In this document: positions 31,405-39,855 of the stretch, in pieces
Layout of the letters: each line of letters begins with the position of its first letter
How positions within the stretch are numbered: the first letter of the stretch is position 1
NCBI GenBank assembly: GCA_900545555.1
Contig: UQZI01000001.1
Location: forward strand, 13,413-77,412
Direction: 5' to 3'
DNA: 64,000 nucleotides
Source of the DNA: an uncultured Collinsella sp.
GTDB taxonomy: Bacteria; Actinomycetota; Coriobacteriia; Coriobacteriales; Coriobacteriaceae
Made by a program: the position numbers and the translations under genes
The notes under the pieces: generated by a model
What the model was told of the DNA's origin: nothing
Databases searched by the model: none
What the model saw: only the letters and a program-made list of their open reading frames with translations

Positions 31405-31482
31405 GCCGCCGGAACAGAAGAAACCCCCGCGCGACCTTTGCGAAGCAAGGGGGAGCGCGGGGGTTTCTTCTGTTCCGGCGGC
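31405..31482. repeat. 78-bp palindrome with 28-bp perfect stem and GCGAAGC core
   Basis: GCCGCCGGAACAGAAGAAACCCCCGCGC and its exact reverse complement flank GACCTTTGCGAAGCAAGGGGGA. Confidence 0.8.
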
Positions 31483-31510
31483 GATGCGCCGGGTTGCAAG
31501 GACGATGCGA

Positions 31511-32497
31511 CTACAGCGCGAAGTCGCCGCCGACGAGCGTGGAGACGGGCTCCTCGTGGTAAACGGCGGAGATGGCCTGAGCGAACTCCTCGGCGACCGA
31601 GATAGTCTTGATCTTGCCGCCGACCTCGACGGGGATGGCGTCGGTGACGACGCACTCGACGATGGGGGCATCGTTCAGGCGCTCGATGGCCGGACCGGAG
31701 AAGATGCCGTGGGTGGCGCAGACGTAGATGTCGCCGGCGCCCATAGCCTTGAGCTCCTTGACGTTGGCGCACAGGGTGCCAGCAGTGTCGATCATGTCGT
31801 CGTTGATGATGCAGGTCTTGCCCTTGATGTCACCGATGATGCCCATGACCTCGGCGGCGTTGTGGCGCGGACGGCCCTTGTGGGCGATGGCCAGGTCGCA
31901 GCCGAGCATGTCGGACAGCTTCTTGGCGGCCTTGGCGCGACCCACGTCGGGGGAGACGACAACCAGGTTGTCGGTGTCGAAGTGCATGTCGTTGTAGTAC
32001 TGGCCAAACAGCGGCAGTGCGGACAGGTGGTTAACCGGGATATCGAAGAAGCCCTGGATCTGGCCCTGGTGCAGGTCGAGGGTGATAATGCGGTTGACGC
32101 CGGCGCGCTCGAGCAGGTTGGCGACGAGGCGGGCGGTGATGGGCTCGCGCGGGCCGGCCTTGCGGTCCTGGCGGGCATAGCCGTAGTGGGTGATAACGGC
32201 GGTGATGGAGCGGGCGGATGCGCGCTTGGCAGCGTCGGTGGCGATGAGCAGCTCCATGAGCATGTCGTTGACGTTGCCGCCGGCCACGGACTGAATCAGG
32301 AAGACGTCGGCGCCGCGGACGGTCTCGTCGTAGCGGGCGTAAATCTCACCATTGGCGAACTGCTTTAGCGTAAGGCCCGAAAGCTCGACCCCAAGGTACT
32401 CAGCAATCTTCTGAGCGAGGGGACGGTTGGAGGAACCGGAATACACGCGGATGGACTTGCGCATATTCTCCGACTTCTCGGGATCATTAATCGGCAT
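31511..32497 (-). CDS. prs: Ribose-phosphate pyrophosphokinase
   Basis: FANGE, YGYARQDRK, DLHQGQIQGFF, VSPDVG, DDMIDTAGT and ATHG motifs. Confidence 0.97.
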   Translation of the reverse strand: MPINDPEKSENMRKSIRVYSGSSNRPLAQKIAEYLGVELSGLTLKQFANGEIYARYDETVRGADVFLIQSVAGGNVNDMLMELLIATDAAKRASARSITAVITHYGYARQDRKAGPREPITARLVANLLERAGVNRIITLDLHQGQIQGFFDIPVNHLSALPLFGQYYNDMHFDTDNLVVVSPDVGRAKAAKKLSDMLGCDLAIAHKGRPRHNAAEVMGIIGDIKGKTCIINDDMIDTAGTLCANVKELKAMGAGDIYVCATHGIFSGPAIERLNDAPIVECVVTDAIPVEVGGKIKTISVAEEFAQAISAVYHEEPVSTLVGGDFAL

Positions 32498-32689
32498 TAC
32501 CCTTCTCCTTTATACATCGAATGCCATATAGATGCCTTGTTGCATTGTAACCGCGCGGCGGGGTTTATCGGGTCCTGATAACGTCTTTACCGCCAACGGA
32601 CACGAACCGACCACTCATCCGGTTGCGCAGGTCACGATAGAAAAAGGAGCCGCCCCCATGGAGCAGCTCCTTTTGTGCTTGGTAAAACG

Positions 32690-34102
32690 TTATACCTCGT
32701 CGTCCTCGTGCAGGCGGCGGCGGTAATCGGCGGCCCAGCCCTCAATATTTACCTGACGGGCGCGGCCCAGACCGAGCGCGTCTGCCGGGACCGGCTCGGT
32801 GATGACGGAGCCAGCGGCCACGAGCGCGCCGTCGCCGATCTGGGCGGGCGCGACCATCATGGTGTCGGAGCCAATGAAGGCGTCCTTGCCGATGACGGTC
32901 TTGTGCTTGTGCACGCCATCGTAGTTGCAGGTGATGGAGCCCGCGCCCACGTTGACGCCGGAGCCCATGGTGGTGTCGCCGATGTAGGACAGGTGCGGCA
33001 CCTTTGAGCCCTCGCCGATCGTGGACTTCTTGATCTCCACGTGCGTGCCGGCCTTGGATCCGTCGAGCATGTGGGTGCCCGGGCGCAGGTAGGCGCGCGG
33101 GCCGCAGTCGACGCCGTTCTCGATGACGGCCTCGATGGCGATGGTCTCGTCGATGACGCAGCCGCTGCCGACGGTGGTGTCGGTGAGGCGGCTGTTGGGG
33201 CCGAGCTGGCACTCCTCGCCCACGGTGACGTGGCCGATCAGGTGCGTCTGCGGCCACACGACGGTATCGCGGCCGATAACGGCATCGGGGCCGATCCAGG
33301 CCTGCGTGGGGTCGATGAAGGTAACGCCCTCGGCCATCCAGTGCTCGTTGATGCGGTCGCGCGCGATGGCGGTGAGCTGTGCGAGCTGGATGCGGCTGTT
33401 GACGCCCAGGCCGTCGCGGTAGTCGTCGCAGTGGAAGATGGAGACAGCCTGGCCGTGGCCCTTGAGGATCTCGAGCATGTCGGGCAGATAGTACTCGGAC
33501 TGCGCGTTGTCGTTGCCGATCTCGTTAATGTGGGCGGCGAGCTGCGCGCCGTCAAAGGCGTAGCAGCCGGCGTTGCACTCCAGCAGCGTGGCGGCCTGCT
33601 CGGGCGTGCAGTCCTTCTGCTCGATGATGCGCTCGATCTGACCATCGGCGCCCAGCTTGATGCGGCCGTAGCCGAAAGGATCGGGCGGGGTCATGGTCAT
33701 GACGGTGCAGGCGAGCTCGCCGGTGGCGACGGTTTGCGCGAACTTGGCGACGGTGTCGGCGGTGATGAGCGGCAGGTCGCCGTTGAGCACGACGACGGGG
33801 CCTTGCGTGATGCCGCAGACCTCGAGCGCGACCTTTACGGCGTGGCCGGTGCCCAGGCGCTCGGTCTGCTCGACGCACTCGACCTTGGTGGCGCTGTTGG
33901 CGTAGGCGCCGTCGATCAGGGCGCGCATCTCGTTGGCGTGGCTGCCGATGACGACCACGACGCGGCTGCAGCCGGCCTTGATGGTAGCGTCGACGATCCA
34001 CTGGACCATGGGCTTGCCCAGGATCTTGTGCGAAACCTTGCAGTGGTTCGACTTCATGCGGGTGCCCTCGCCGGCAGCGAGGATAATTGCGGTTGCGTCC
34101 AT
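32690..34102 (-). CDS. glmU: Bifunctional UDP-GlcNAc pyrophosphorylase/glucosamine-1-P N-acetyltransferase
   Basis: ILAAGEGTRMKS, LGTGHAV, GYGRI, EYYL, HLSYIGD and TCNYDG motifs with hexapeptide repeats. AGGAG RBS before ATG 34102. Confidence 0.97.
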   Translation of the reverse strand: MDATAIILAAGEGTRMKSNHCKVSHKILGKPMVQWIVDATIKAGCSRVVVVIGSHANEMRALIDGAYANSATKVECVEQTERLGTGHAVKVALEVCGITQGPVVVLNGDLPLITADTVAKFAQTVATGELACTVMTMTPPDPFGYGRIKLGADGQIERIIEQKDCTPEQAATLLECNAGCYAFDGAQLAAHINEIGNDNAQSEYYLPDMLEILKGHGQAVSIFHCDDYRDGLGVNSRIQLAQLTAIARDRINEHWMAEGVTFIDPTQAWIGPDAVIGRDTVVWPQTHLIGHVTVGEECQLGPNSRLTDTTVGSGCVIDETIAIEAVIENGVDCGPRAYLRPGTHMLDGSKAGTHVEIKKSTIGEGSKVPHLSYIGDTTMGSGVNVGAGSITCNYDGVHKHKTVIGKDAFIGSDTMMVAPAQIGDGALVAAGSVITEPVPADALGLGRARQVNIEGWAADYRRRLHEDDEV

Positions 34103-34295
34103 GTGATCTCCTGTTACGTTATAGAGACGTGTGCTTGGAAACGATACACGGCGCAATATGATACCGCAGGCATATGACGAGCGCGTAACGATTGGTTTGC
34201 GGCGGTTGAGGCTTGCGCCGCCGGCGTGGCGTTTGCACTGCGTACGTGCGGCGTTGGCGGTGCTGCGGAGCTGTTGTTTGAGCGAGGGGACGGGG

Positions 34296-35189
34296 GTGCC
34301 CGTGGACAACATACGAGAGGAGTTTGGCGGCGAGCCCGTCGCGGCATTCTCGATGTCGCATCCGGCTGTGCCGGCACTCTATATAGTGCTGACGCTGGGG
34401 CTCACTATGTTCTCGATGCAGCCGGTACTGATTGCGCTGTCACTTGCGGGCGGGCTGGCGTATGGATTTGCGACGCGTGGGGCTGCCCGCACGCTGGGCG
34501 CGCTCCGCTGGCAGCTGCCGGTGATTTTGATCGTCGCGGTGCTCAATCCGCTGTTTAGCGCCTCGGGCTCGACGGAGCTGTTCCGTATTGGCATGCGCGC
34601 GGTGTATCTGGAGAGCATGGTATACGGCCTGTGCATGGGCGGGCTGTTTGTGGCGAGCGTGCTGTGGTTTGAGGCGGCGGCGTCGATGCTCGAATACGAC
34701 AAGGTGCTCGCGCTGCTGGGCAATGCCGCACCGGTGATTGCGCTCATGATCTCGATGTGCATGAGGCTTATCCCGCAGTTTTTGCGCCGCGGTCGTACGG
34801 TGTTGGCGGTGCAGGATGCGATTGATGTGCCGGGCCGCGCGCCGGCCGACCCCGTGCGCTCGCGCTTGCGGGCGTCGAGCGTGTTGATGGGCTGGGGCAT
34901 GGAAGATTCGCTGGAGCGTGCGGACGCGATGCGCTCGCGCGGGTGGGGTGCCGCGACGCGTCGTACGACGTATGCGCGGTATCGACTGGGGTGCAGCGAC
35001 GTTGCCGCGCTGGTCGGGCTCGCGCTGCTTGGTGCTGCCGCGGTGGCGGTGGCGTGGACCGCGACGACGCAGTATTCGTTTTACCCGCAGCTTTCGGTGC
35101 CGGCGCCGTGGCCTGGCTATATTGTGTACGCGGCTTGGATGGTGTTGCCCTGTGTGCTGCACGCGATTGACGAGAAGAGGTTTGGCTGA
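34296..35189 (+). CDS. ECF transporter transmembrane T component
   Basis: HPAV, LNPLF, MRLIPQF and ADAMRSRG motifs. Start uncertain (GTG 34296/34302 or ATG 34353). Confidence 0.85.
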   Translation: MPVDNIREEFGGEPVAAFSMSHPAVPALYIVLTLGLTMFSMQPVLIALSLAGGLAYGFATRGAARTLGALRWQLPVILIVAVLNPLFSASGSTELFRIGMRAVYLESMVYGLCMGGLFVASVLWFEAAASMLEYDKVLALLGNAAPVIALMISMCMRLIPQFLRRGRTVLAVQDAIDVPGRAPADPVRSRLRASSVLMGWGMEDSLERADAMRSRGWGAATRRTTYARYRLGCSDVAALVGLALLGAAAVAVAWTATTQYSFYPQLSVPAPWPGYIVYAAWMVLPCVLHAIDEKRFG

Positions 35190-36832
35190 TGACCCGGTTT
35201 GATAGGAGCTCGGCGGCGGGTGTGGCATATGGCTCGGCCGCGCCGGCGATTGAGGTGCGAGGCCTTAGTTTTGCCTATCCCGGGGCCGAGGCACCGGTGC
35301 TCGAGGGACTTGATTGGCGTGTTTCCCAAGGTGCGTTTGCGCTGCTGGTGGGTGGTACTGGGTCGGGCAAATCGACGCTACTCTCGCTGCTCAAGCCCGA
35401 GATCGCTCCGGCGGGCGAGCGCACTGGTGATGCGCGCGTGCTGGGTGAGAACGTTGCCGATATGGACGTCCGGGCGTCCGCGGAGCGCGTGGGCTACGTG
35501 TTTCAGGATCCCGAGAACCAGATCGTGTGCGAGACCGTGTGGCACGAGATGGCGTTTGGCCTGGAAAATCTGGGTATGTCGCGCGACGAGATGCGCCGTC
35601 GCGTAGCCGAGACTAGCTATTTCTTTGGGCTGGAGGATTGGCTCCACCGCGATACCGATACGCTTTCGGGCGGACGCAAGCAGCTGCTGTCGTTGGCGGC
35701 CGTGCTGGCCTTGCGCCCGCGCGTGCTGCTGCTCGACGAGCCCACGTCCCAGCTCGATCCCGTTGCCGAGAAAAATTTTCTGCACGCGCTGTTTCGCGTG
35801 AACCGCGAGCTGGGTTGCACGGTTGTTGTGGCAACGCACCAGCCGCGCCCGATGCTCGAATATGCGACGTGCGCGTATCGGATTGAGGGCGGCCGCGTGC
35901 GCGAGGTGGCGGATATGGCTTCTTTGGGACGCCGAGAATCGCTGTTTTCCGATGACATGTTGGGGTGGGGTGCCATCCGATGTGCAAAAAACGGAGTATT
36001 CAGCAGGCGTGAGGACAATTTGGACTCTCTGGAGCCGCCCGGGGACGTATCAAGCGCGAAAAAAAGTTCGGAATTGGACAAATCGTCCGAATTTGTGGCG
36101 CAAACGTCGCTCGAGAACGGCTCGGAAGCCTTCCCGCGCACGGATGGAAGCAGAATACTCCAAAAAATGCACGGCGGGTCGGCTACCACTCTGTCGGAGG
36201 GCTGGTTTCGCTACGATCGCGCGGGCGGTTGGGTGCTGCGCGGGATCGACGTGGCGTTTTCGGCTGGAGCGGTGCATGCGATTGTGGGCGGTAACGGCTG
36301 TGGCAAGTCGACGATGCTCTCGGTGCTGGCGAAGACCACCAAGCTGCAGCGCGGCCGCATGGTGCGCGGAGCGGCCTCGGCGGCGCTGCTGCCTCAGAAC
36401 CCCAAAGCATTGCTGGTTGCCGAGACGGTTCGCGATGAGCTGATGGAATGGGCCTCGACCTGCGGGTACGGCGAGGATATGGCGCGGGAGCGTGCGGTGA
36501 GTCTGGGGCTCGCGGGCTTAGGGGAACGCCACCCCTATGACCTTTCGGGCGGACAGCGCCAACTGCTTGCGTTGGCAAAGCTACTGCTAATCGGTCCCGA
36601 ACTGCTATTGCTCGATGAGCCTACCAAGGGTCTGGACCTGGCCAGCCGCCGCATCATCGCCCGCGCCCTGCGTGACCATGCGAACGCCGGCGGTACCGTC
36701 ATCATGGCCACGCACGACTTAGACTTTGCCGAGCAGGTGTCCGACGACGTCGCCATGATGTTCGACGGCGAGATCGCCTGCATGGAGCCTCCGGCAGATT
36801 TCTTTGCCGACAACGTGTTTTATAGGGCGTGA
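35189..36832 (+). CDS. ECF transporter duplicated ATPase (A-A' fusion)
   Basis: Two ABC domains (GGTGSGKS...LSGG...DEPT and GGNGCGKS...HPYDLSGGQ...DEPTKGLD) plus VFQDPENQ. Confidence 0.9.
   Translation: MTRFDRSSAAGVAYGSAAPAIEVRGLSFAYPGAEAPVLEGLDWRVSQGAFALLVGGTGSGKSTLLSLLKPEIAPAGERTGDARVLGENVADMDVRASAERVGYVFQDPENQIVCETVWHEMAFGLENLGMSRDEMRRRVAETSYFFGLEDWLHRDTDTLSGGRKQLLSLAAVLALRPRVLLLDEPTSQLDPVAEKNFLHALFRVNRELGCTVVVATHQPRPMLEYATCAYRIEGGRVREVADMASLGRRESLFSDDMLGWGAIRCAKNGVFSRREDNLDSLEPPGDVSSAKKSSELDKSSEFVAQTSLENGSEAFPRTDGSRILQKMHGGSATTLSEGWFRYDRAGGWVLRGIDVAFSAGAVHAIVGGNGCGKSTMLSVLAKTTKLQRGRMVRGAASAALLPQNPKALLVAETVRDELMEWASTCGYGEDMARERAVSLGLAGLGERHPYDLSGGQRQLLALAKLLLIGPELLLLDEPTKGLDLASRRIIARALRDHANAGGTVIMATHDLDFAEQVSDDVAMMFDGEIACMEPPADFFADNVFYRA
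35982..36172. repeat. Candidate MITE-like palindromic element inserted in-frame in the ATPase linker
   Basis: Imperfect terminal inverted repeats GTGCA-N6-GGAGTATTCnGC at 35982-36004 and 36150-36172, A-tract-rich interior, internal TTCGGA...TCCGAA hairpin. Confidence 0.5.
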
Positions 36833-36836
36833 TGGG

Positions 36837-37550
36837 ATGACGGATCATCGCGCCTCACGCCTACTCACAAAAATGGAGATCCCGCTGTTGTTGGCGGTGC
36901 CAGCGGTGATGACTGCGGCGTTGCTGGCGGGCATTGAGCAGGCGGCGCTTGCCATGCTGGTTGTAGTGGCGCTCGTGCTCGCACTGTTTTTTGCGGGCTA
37001 TGAGACATCACGTCCAGGCCTGCGCCAGATCATGCCCACGCTGGTGCTGGCGGCGCTGGCCGCGGCGGGGCGCATCCTGTTTGGGCCCATTCCCGATTTT
37101 AAGCCCGTGAGCGCTATCGCCATTATCGCGGGTGCGACACTTGGCCGTCGCAATGGTTTTATGGTCGGCGCGTTGGCAGCGCTGACCAGCAATTTCTTTT
37201 TTGGGCAGGGCATGTGGACGCCGTGGCAGATGTATGCCTGGGGTCTGGTGGGCTATATCGGTGGCGCACTGGCGCATGCGGGCGCGTTTGACCGCGCCGA
37301 TGGAGCCGTGCGAATGCCGGCGCTGTTGGCGTATGGCTTTGCGTCGGGCCTGCTGTATGGCGTCGTGATCAACGCGTATGACATCATCGGTTTTGTGCAG
37401 CCGCTCACGTGGACGGGCGCCATAGCGCGTCTTGCCACCGCCGTACCGTTCGATATCACACACGGACTCGCGACCTGCGTGTTTTTGGCCGCTCTGTACA
37501 AGCCCTGGTGTCGCCGCATCAACCGCGTCGTCGTGAAGTACGGGCTGTAG
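36837..37550 (+). CDS. ECF transporter S component (CbrT/cobalamin-like)
   Basis: PIPDFKPVSAIAII, SNFFFGQGMWTPWQMYAWG and FDITHG motifs. The substrate assignment is tentative. Confidence 0.8.
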   Translation: MTDHRASRLLTKMEIPLLLAVPAVMTAALLAGIEQAALAMLVVVALVLALFFAGYETSRPGLRQIMPTLVLAALAAAGRILFGPIPDFKPVSAIAIIAGATLGRRNGFMVGALAALTSNFFFGQGMWTPWQMYAWGLVGYIGGALAHAGAFDRADGAVRMPALLAYGFASGLLYGVVINAYDIIGFVQPLTWTGAIARLATAVPFDITHGLATCVFLAALYKPWCRRINRVVVKYGL

Positions 37551-37596
37551 TGGTGGTTGCGTCGAGGCAAGAACCAATACTGTCTTGGTGTCATAT

Positions 37597-37750
37597 CAAA
37601 ACTATGCCGGTTTACGGGGCTAGATTGGCACAGGCAGACCATACCGGCTTTTTTCGAAATGGAGCAAGCCGTCTACCTGTGGTTTTATTATTTCGGAATT
37701 GCGTATGGCTGGGGGCTCGCGATTCAGTCCCGTAAACCGGCATAGTTTTG
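37597..37750 (-). repeat. 154-bp element, family A (copy 1)
   Basis: TIR CAAAACTATGCCGGTTTACGGG; core reads AAAACCACAGGTAGA on the minus strand. Same length as the copies at 52860-53013 and 59986-60139. Confidence 0.85.
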
Positions 37751-37797
37751 GAATGGCCGGTTGATATGACGGGCATCATGGCCCTCAGAGAGTCAAT

Positions 37798-37828
37798 TGA
37801 TCCGTTTTCTTCCGTCCCCAGGGAATCA
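37798..37828 (-). repeat. GGGACRG-loop hairpin (TGATC-stem subtype)
   Basis: Minus strand reads TGATTC-CCTGGGGACGGAAGAAAAC-GGATCA. Further copies at 38038-38068, 59903-59939 and (degenerate) 53041-53071. Confidence 0.7.
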
Positions 37829-37842
37829 GTTGACGGCGCTCG

Positions 37843-38000
37843 CCACGAAACTGGCCCATCTACTACGTTTAGCCCGACACCCCCAAGCACAACCGCGTTT
37901 TATGAAAAACCGCAGGCTTTCTACCTGCGGTTTTCTTTTTGCGTTGTTCGCCGTGGTTGAGGGTAGTGGCTTAAACGTAGTAGACGGGCGTGTTTCGTGG
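37843..38000 (-). repeat. 158-bp element, family B (copy 1)
   Basis: TIR CCACGAAAnnnGCCCRTCTACTACGTTT and central AAAACCGCAGG/CCTGCGGTTTT hairpin. Second copy at 59734-59891. Confidence 0.85.
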
Positions 38001-38037
38001 CGGATTGGTCACGTGGATACCACCACGAGGCCCAAAA

Positions 38038-38068
38038 TGATTCGTTTTCCTCCGTCCCCAGGGGATCA
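38038..38068 (-). repeat. GGGACRG-loop hairpin (TGATC-stem subtype)
   Basis: Minus strand reads TGATCC-CCTGGGGACGGAGGAAAAC-GAATCA; direct repeat of 37798-37828. Confidence 0.7.
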
Positions 38069-38075
38069 GCTGGGG

Positions 38076-38894
38076 CTAGAGCTCTAGCGTGAGGGTGACG
38101 GGGCAGTGGTCGCTGCCGAAGATGTCGCCGCGGATGCCGGTGTCGCGTACGTTGCCGGCGATTGCGTCGCTTACCAGGAAGTAGTCGATGCGCCAGCCGG
38201 CGTTGTTCTTGCGGGCATTAAAGCGGTAGCTCCACCAGCTGTAGACGCCCTCGACGCTCGGATTTGCCGCGCGCCAGGTATCGGTAAAGCCGGCGTCGAG
38301 CAGCTCGGTGAACTTGCCGCGCTCCTCGTCCGAAAAGCCTGCGTTGCCGCGGTTGGACTTGGGGTTCTTAAGGTCGATCTCCTCGTGTGCCACGTTAAAG
38401 TCGCCGCAGGTTACCACGGGTTTGCCGGTCTCGCGCTCGAGCGCGTTCAAAAAGCCGCGGTAGGCATCGTCCCAGGCCATGCGCACGTCGATGCGGGCGA
38501 GTTCGTTTTGCGCGTTGGGCGTGTAGACATCCACAAACCAGAATTTGTCGAACTCCAGCGCGCAGACACGACCCTCGGTCGCGGCTTGGGCAACGAGCTC
38601 GGCTGCCTCGCCTTCACCGGCGTGGGGCAGCAGCGCGTCGGCGCGCAGCACGCGCAGCGGTTCCTGGCGGCTAAAGACCGCGGTGCCCGAGTAGCCCTTG
38701 CGCTCGGCGTAGCTCCAGGTTTGGTGATAGCCGGGCAGGTCGACCTGCACCTGGCCTTCTTGCAGTTTAGTTTCTTGCAGCGCTAGGACATCGACATCGA
38801 GTTCCTGTGCGATCTGGGTAAAGCTCGGGTCCTTTTTGAGCACGGCGCGCAGGCCGTTAACGTTCCACGAGGCGAAAGTGTAAGTCTGAGGCAT
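38076..38894 (-). CDS. xth: Exodeoxyribonuclease III / AP endonuclease (ExoA-type)
   Basis: SWNVNGLRA, LQETK, GYSGTA, CGDFNVAH, YSWWSYR, GWRIDY and GSDHCPV motifs. Confidence 0.96.
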   Translation of the reverse strand: MPQTYTFASWNVNGLRAVLKKDPSFTQIAQELDVDVLALQETKLQEGQVQVDLPGYHQTWSYAERKGYSGTAVFSRQEPLRVLRADALLPHAGEGEAAELVAQAATEGRVCALEFDKFWFVDVYTPNAQNELARIDVRMAWDDAYRGFLNALERETGKPVVTCGDFNVAHEEIDLKNPKSNRGNAGFSDEERGKFTELLDAGFTDTWRAANPSVEGVYSWWSYRFNARKNNAGWRIDYFLVSDAIAGNVRDTGIRGDIFGSDHCPVTLTLEL

Positions 38895-39007
38895 GGTGTC
38901 CTTTCGACGGGGTTGGCAGGCTTAAGATTAACGCAACTAGAGCGGGGCGGAGTCCGCGAGTGATAGTGTGAACGCCGCCGTCCCGGAGACACGGACGGAG
39001 GTCATAT

Positions 39008-39760
39008 ATGACGCAGGCAATATCGGATCCCAAGCAGGCCTCCGCCGCGCTGGCGGAGCTGTTCGAAACCCATAGCCACGTGGTCTTCTTTGGCGGCGCG
39101 GGTGTTTCCACGGCAAGCGGCATTCCCGATTTCCGCAGCGTGGACGGCCTGTATCACCAGCAGTTTGCCTATCCGCCCGAAACCATGCTCTCGCACAGCT
39201 TTTACGAGACACATCCGGCGGAGTTCTTCGACTTTTACCGCACCAAGATGATCGCCCTTAACGCCAAGCCCAACCACTGCCACGCCAAGCTGGCGGAGCT
39301 GGAGCGCGCCGGCAAGCTCGACGCCGTGGTGACGCAAAATATCGACGGACTGCATCAGGCGGCTGGTTCACGGCGCGTGTTTGAGCTGCATGGCTCGGTA
39401 CACCGCAATATCTGCCAGACGTGCGGCGCGGTCTACAGCGCCGAATGGATTTGCGCGCGCGAGCACGAGGATACCGCGGGCGTGCCCGTGTGTCCTGCGT
39501 GCGGCGGTCGCATCAAGCCCGATGTGGTCCTCTACGAGGAGCCGCTCGATGAGCGTGTGCTTACCGGCGCCGTTGCTGCCATCGCCGCAGCCGACGTCCT
39601 CGTCGTGGGCGGAACCTCGCTCGTGGTGTATCCGGCGGCGGGCCTTACACGCTACTTTACCGGCGATACGCTGGCCATATGCAACCTTGCTCCCACCGAT
39701 CAGGATGCAAATGCCGACCTGCTGATTTCTTGCGACATCGCGGCCGCGTTTGCGTTCTAG
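39008..39760 (+). CDS. cobB: NAD-dependent protein deacylase (Sir2/CobB family)
   Basis: GAGVSTASGIPDFRS, TQNIDGLH, ELHGS, two CxxC, KPDVVLYEE and GTSLVVYPAA motifs; GGAGG RBS. Confidence 0.93.
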   Translation: MTQAISDPKQASAALAELFETHSHVVFFGGAGVSTASGIPDFRSVDGLYHQQFAYPPETMLSHSFYETHPAEFFDFYRTKMIALNAKPNHCHAKLAELERAGKLDAVVTQNIDGLHQAAGSRRVFELHGSVHRNICQTCGAVYSAEWICAREHEDTAGVPVCPACGGRIKPDVVLYEEPLDERVLTGAVAAIAAADVLVVGGTSLVVYPAAGLTRYFTGDTLAICNLAPTDQDANADLLISCDIAAAFAF

Positions 39761-39855
39761 CCCGCGCGCGCGGATACAATAGAAAGACTGAGTGCAAAGC
39801 GACCCCGCCGCCAGCCCCCCAAGCTCGGCGGCGTGGGCATTTTAGGAGGATGTTC

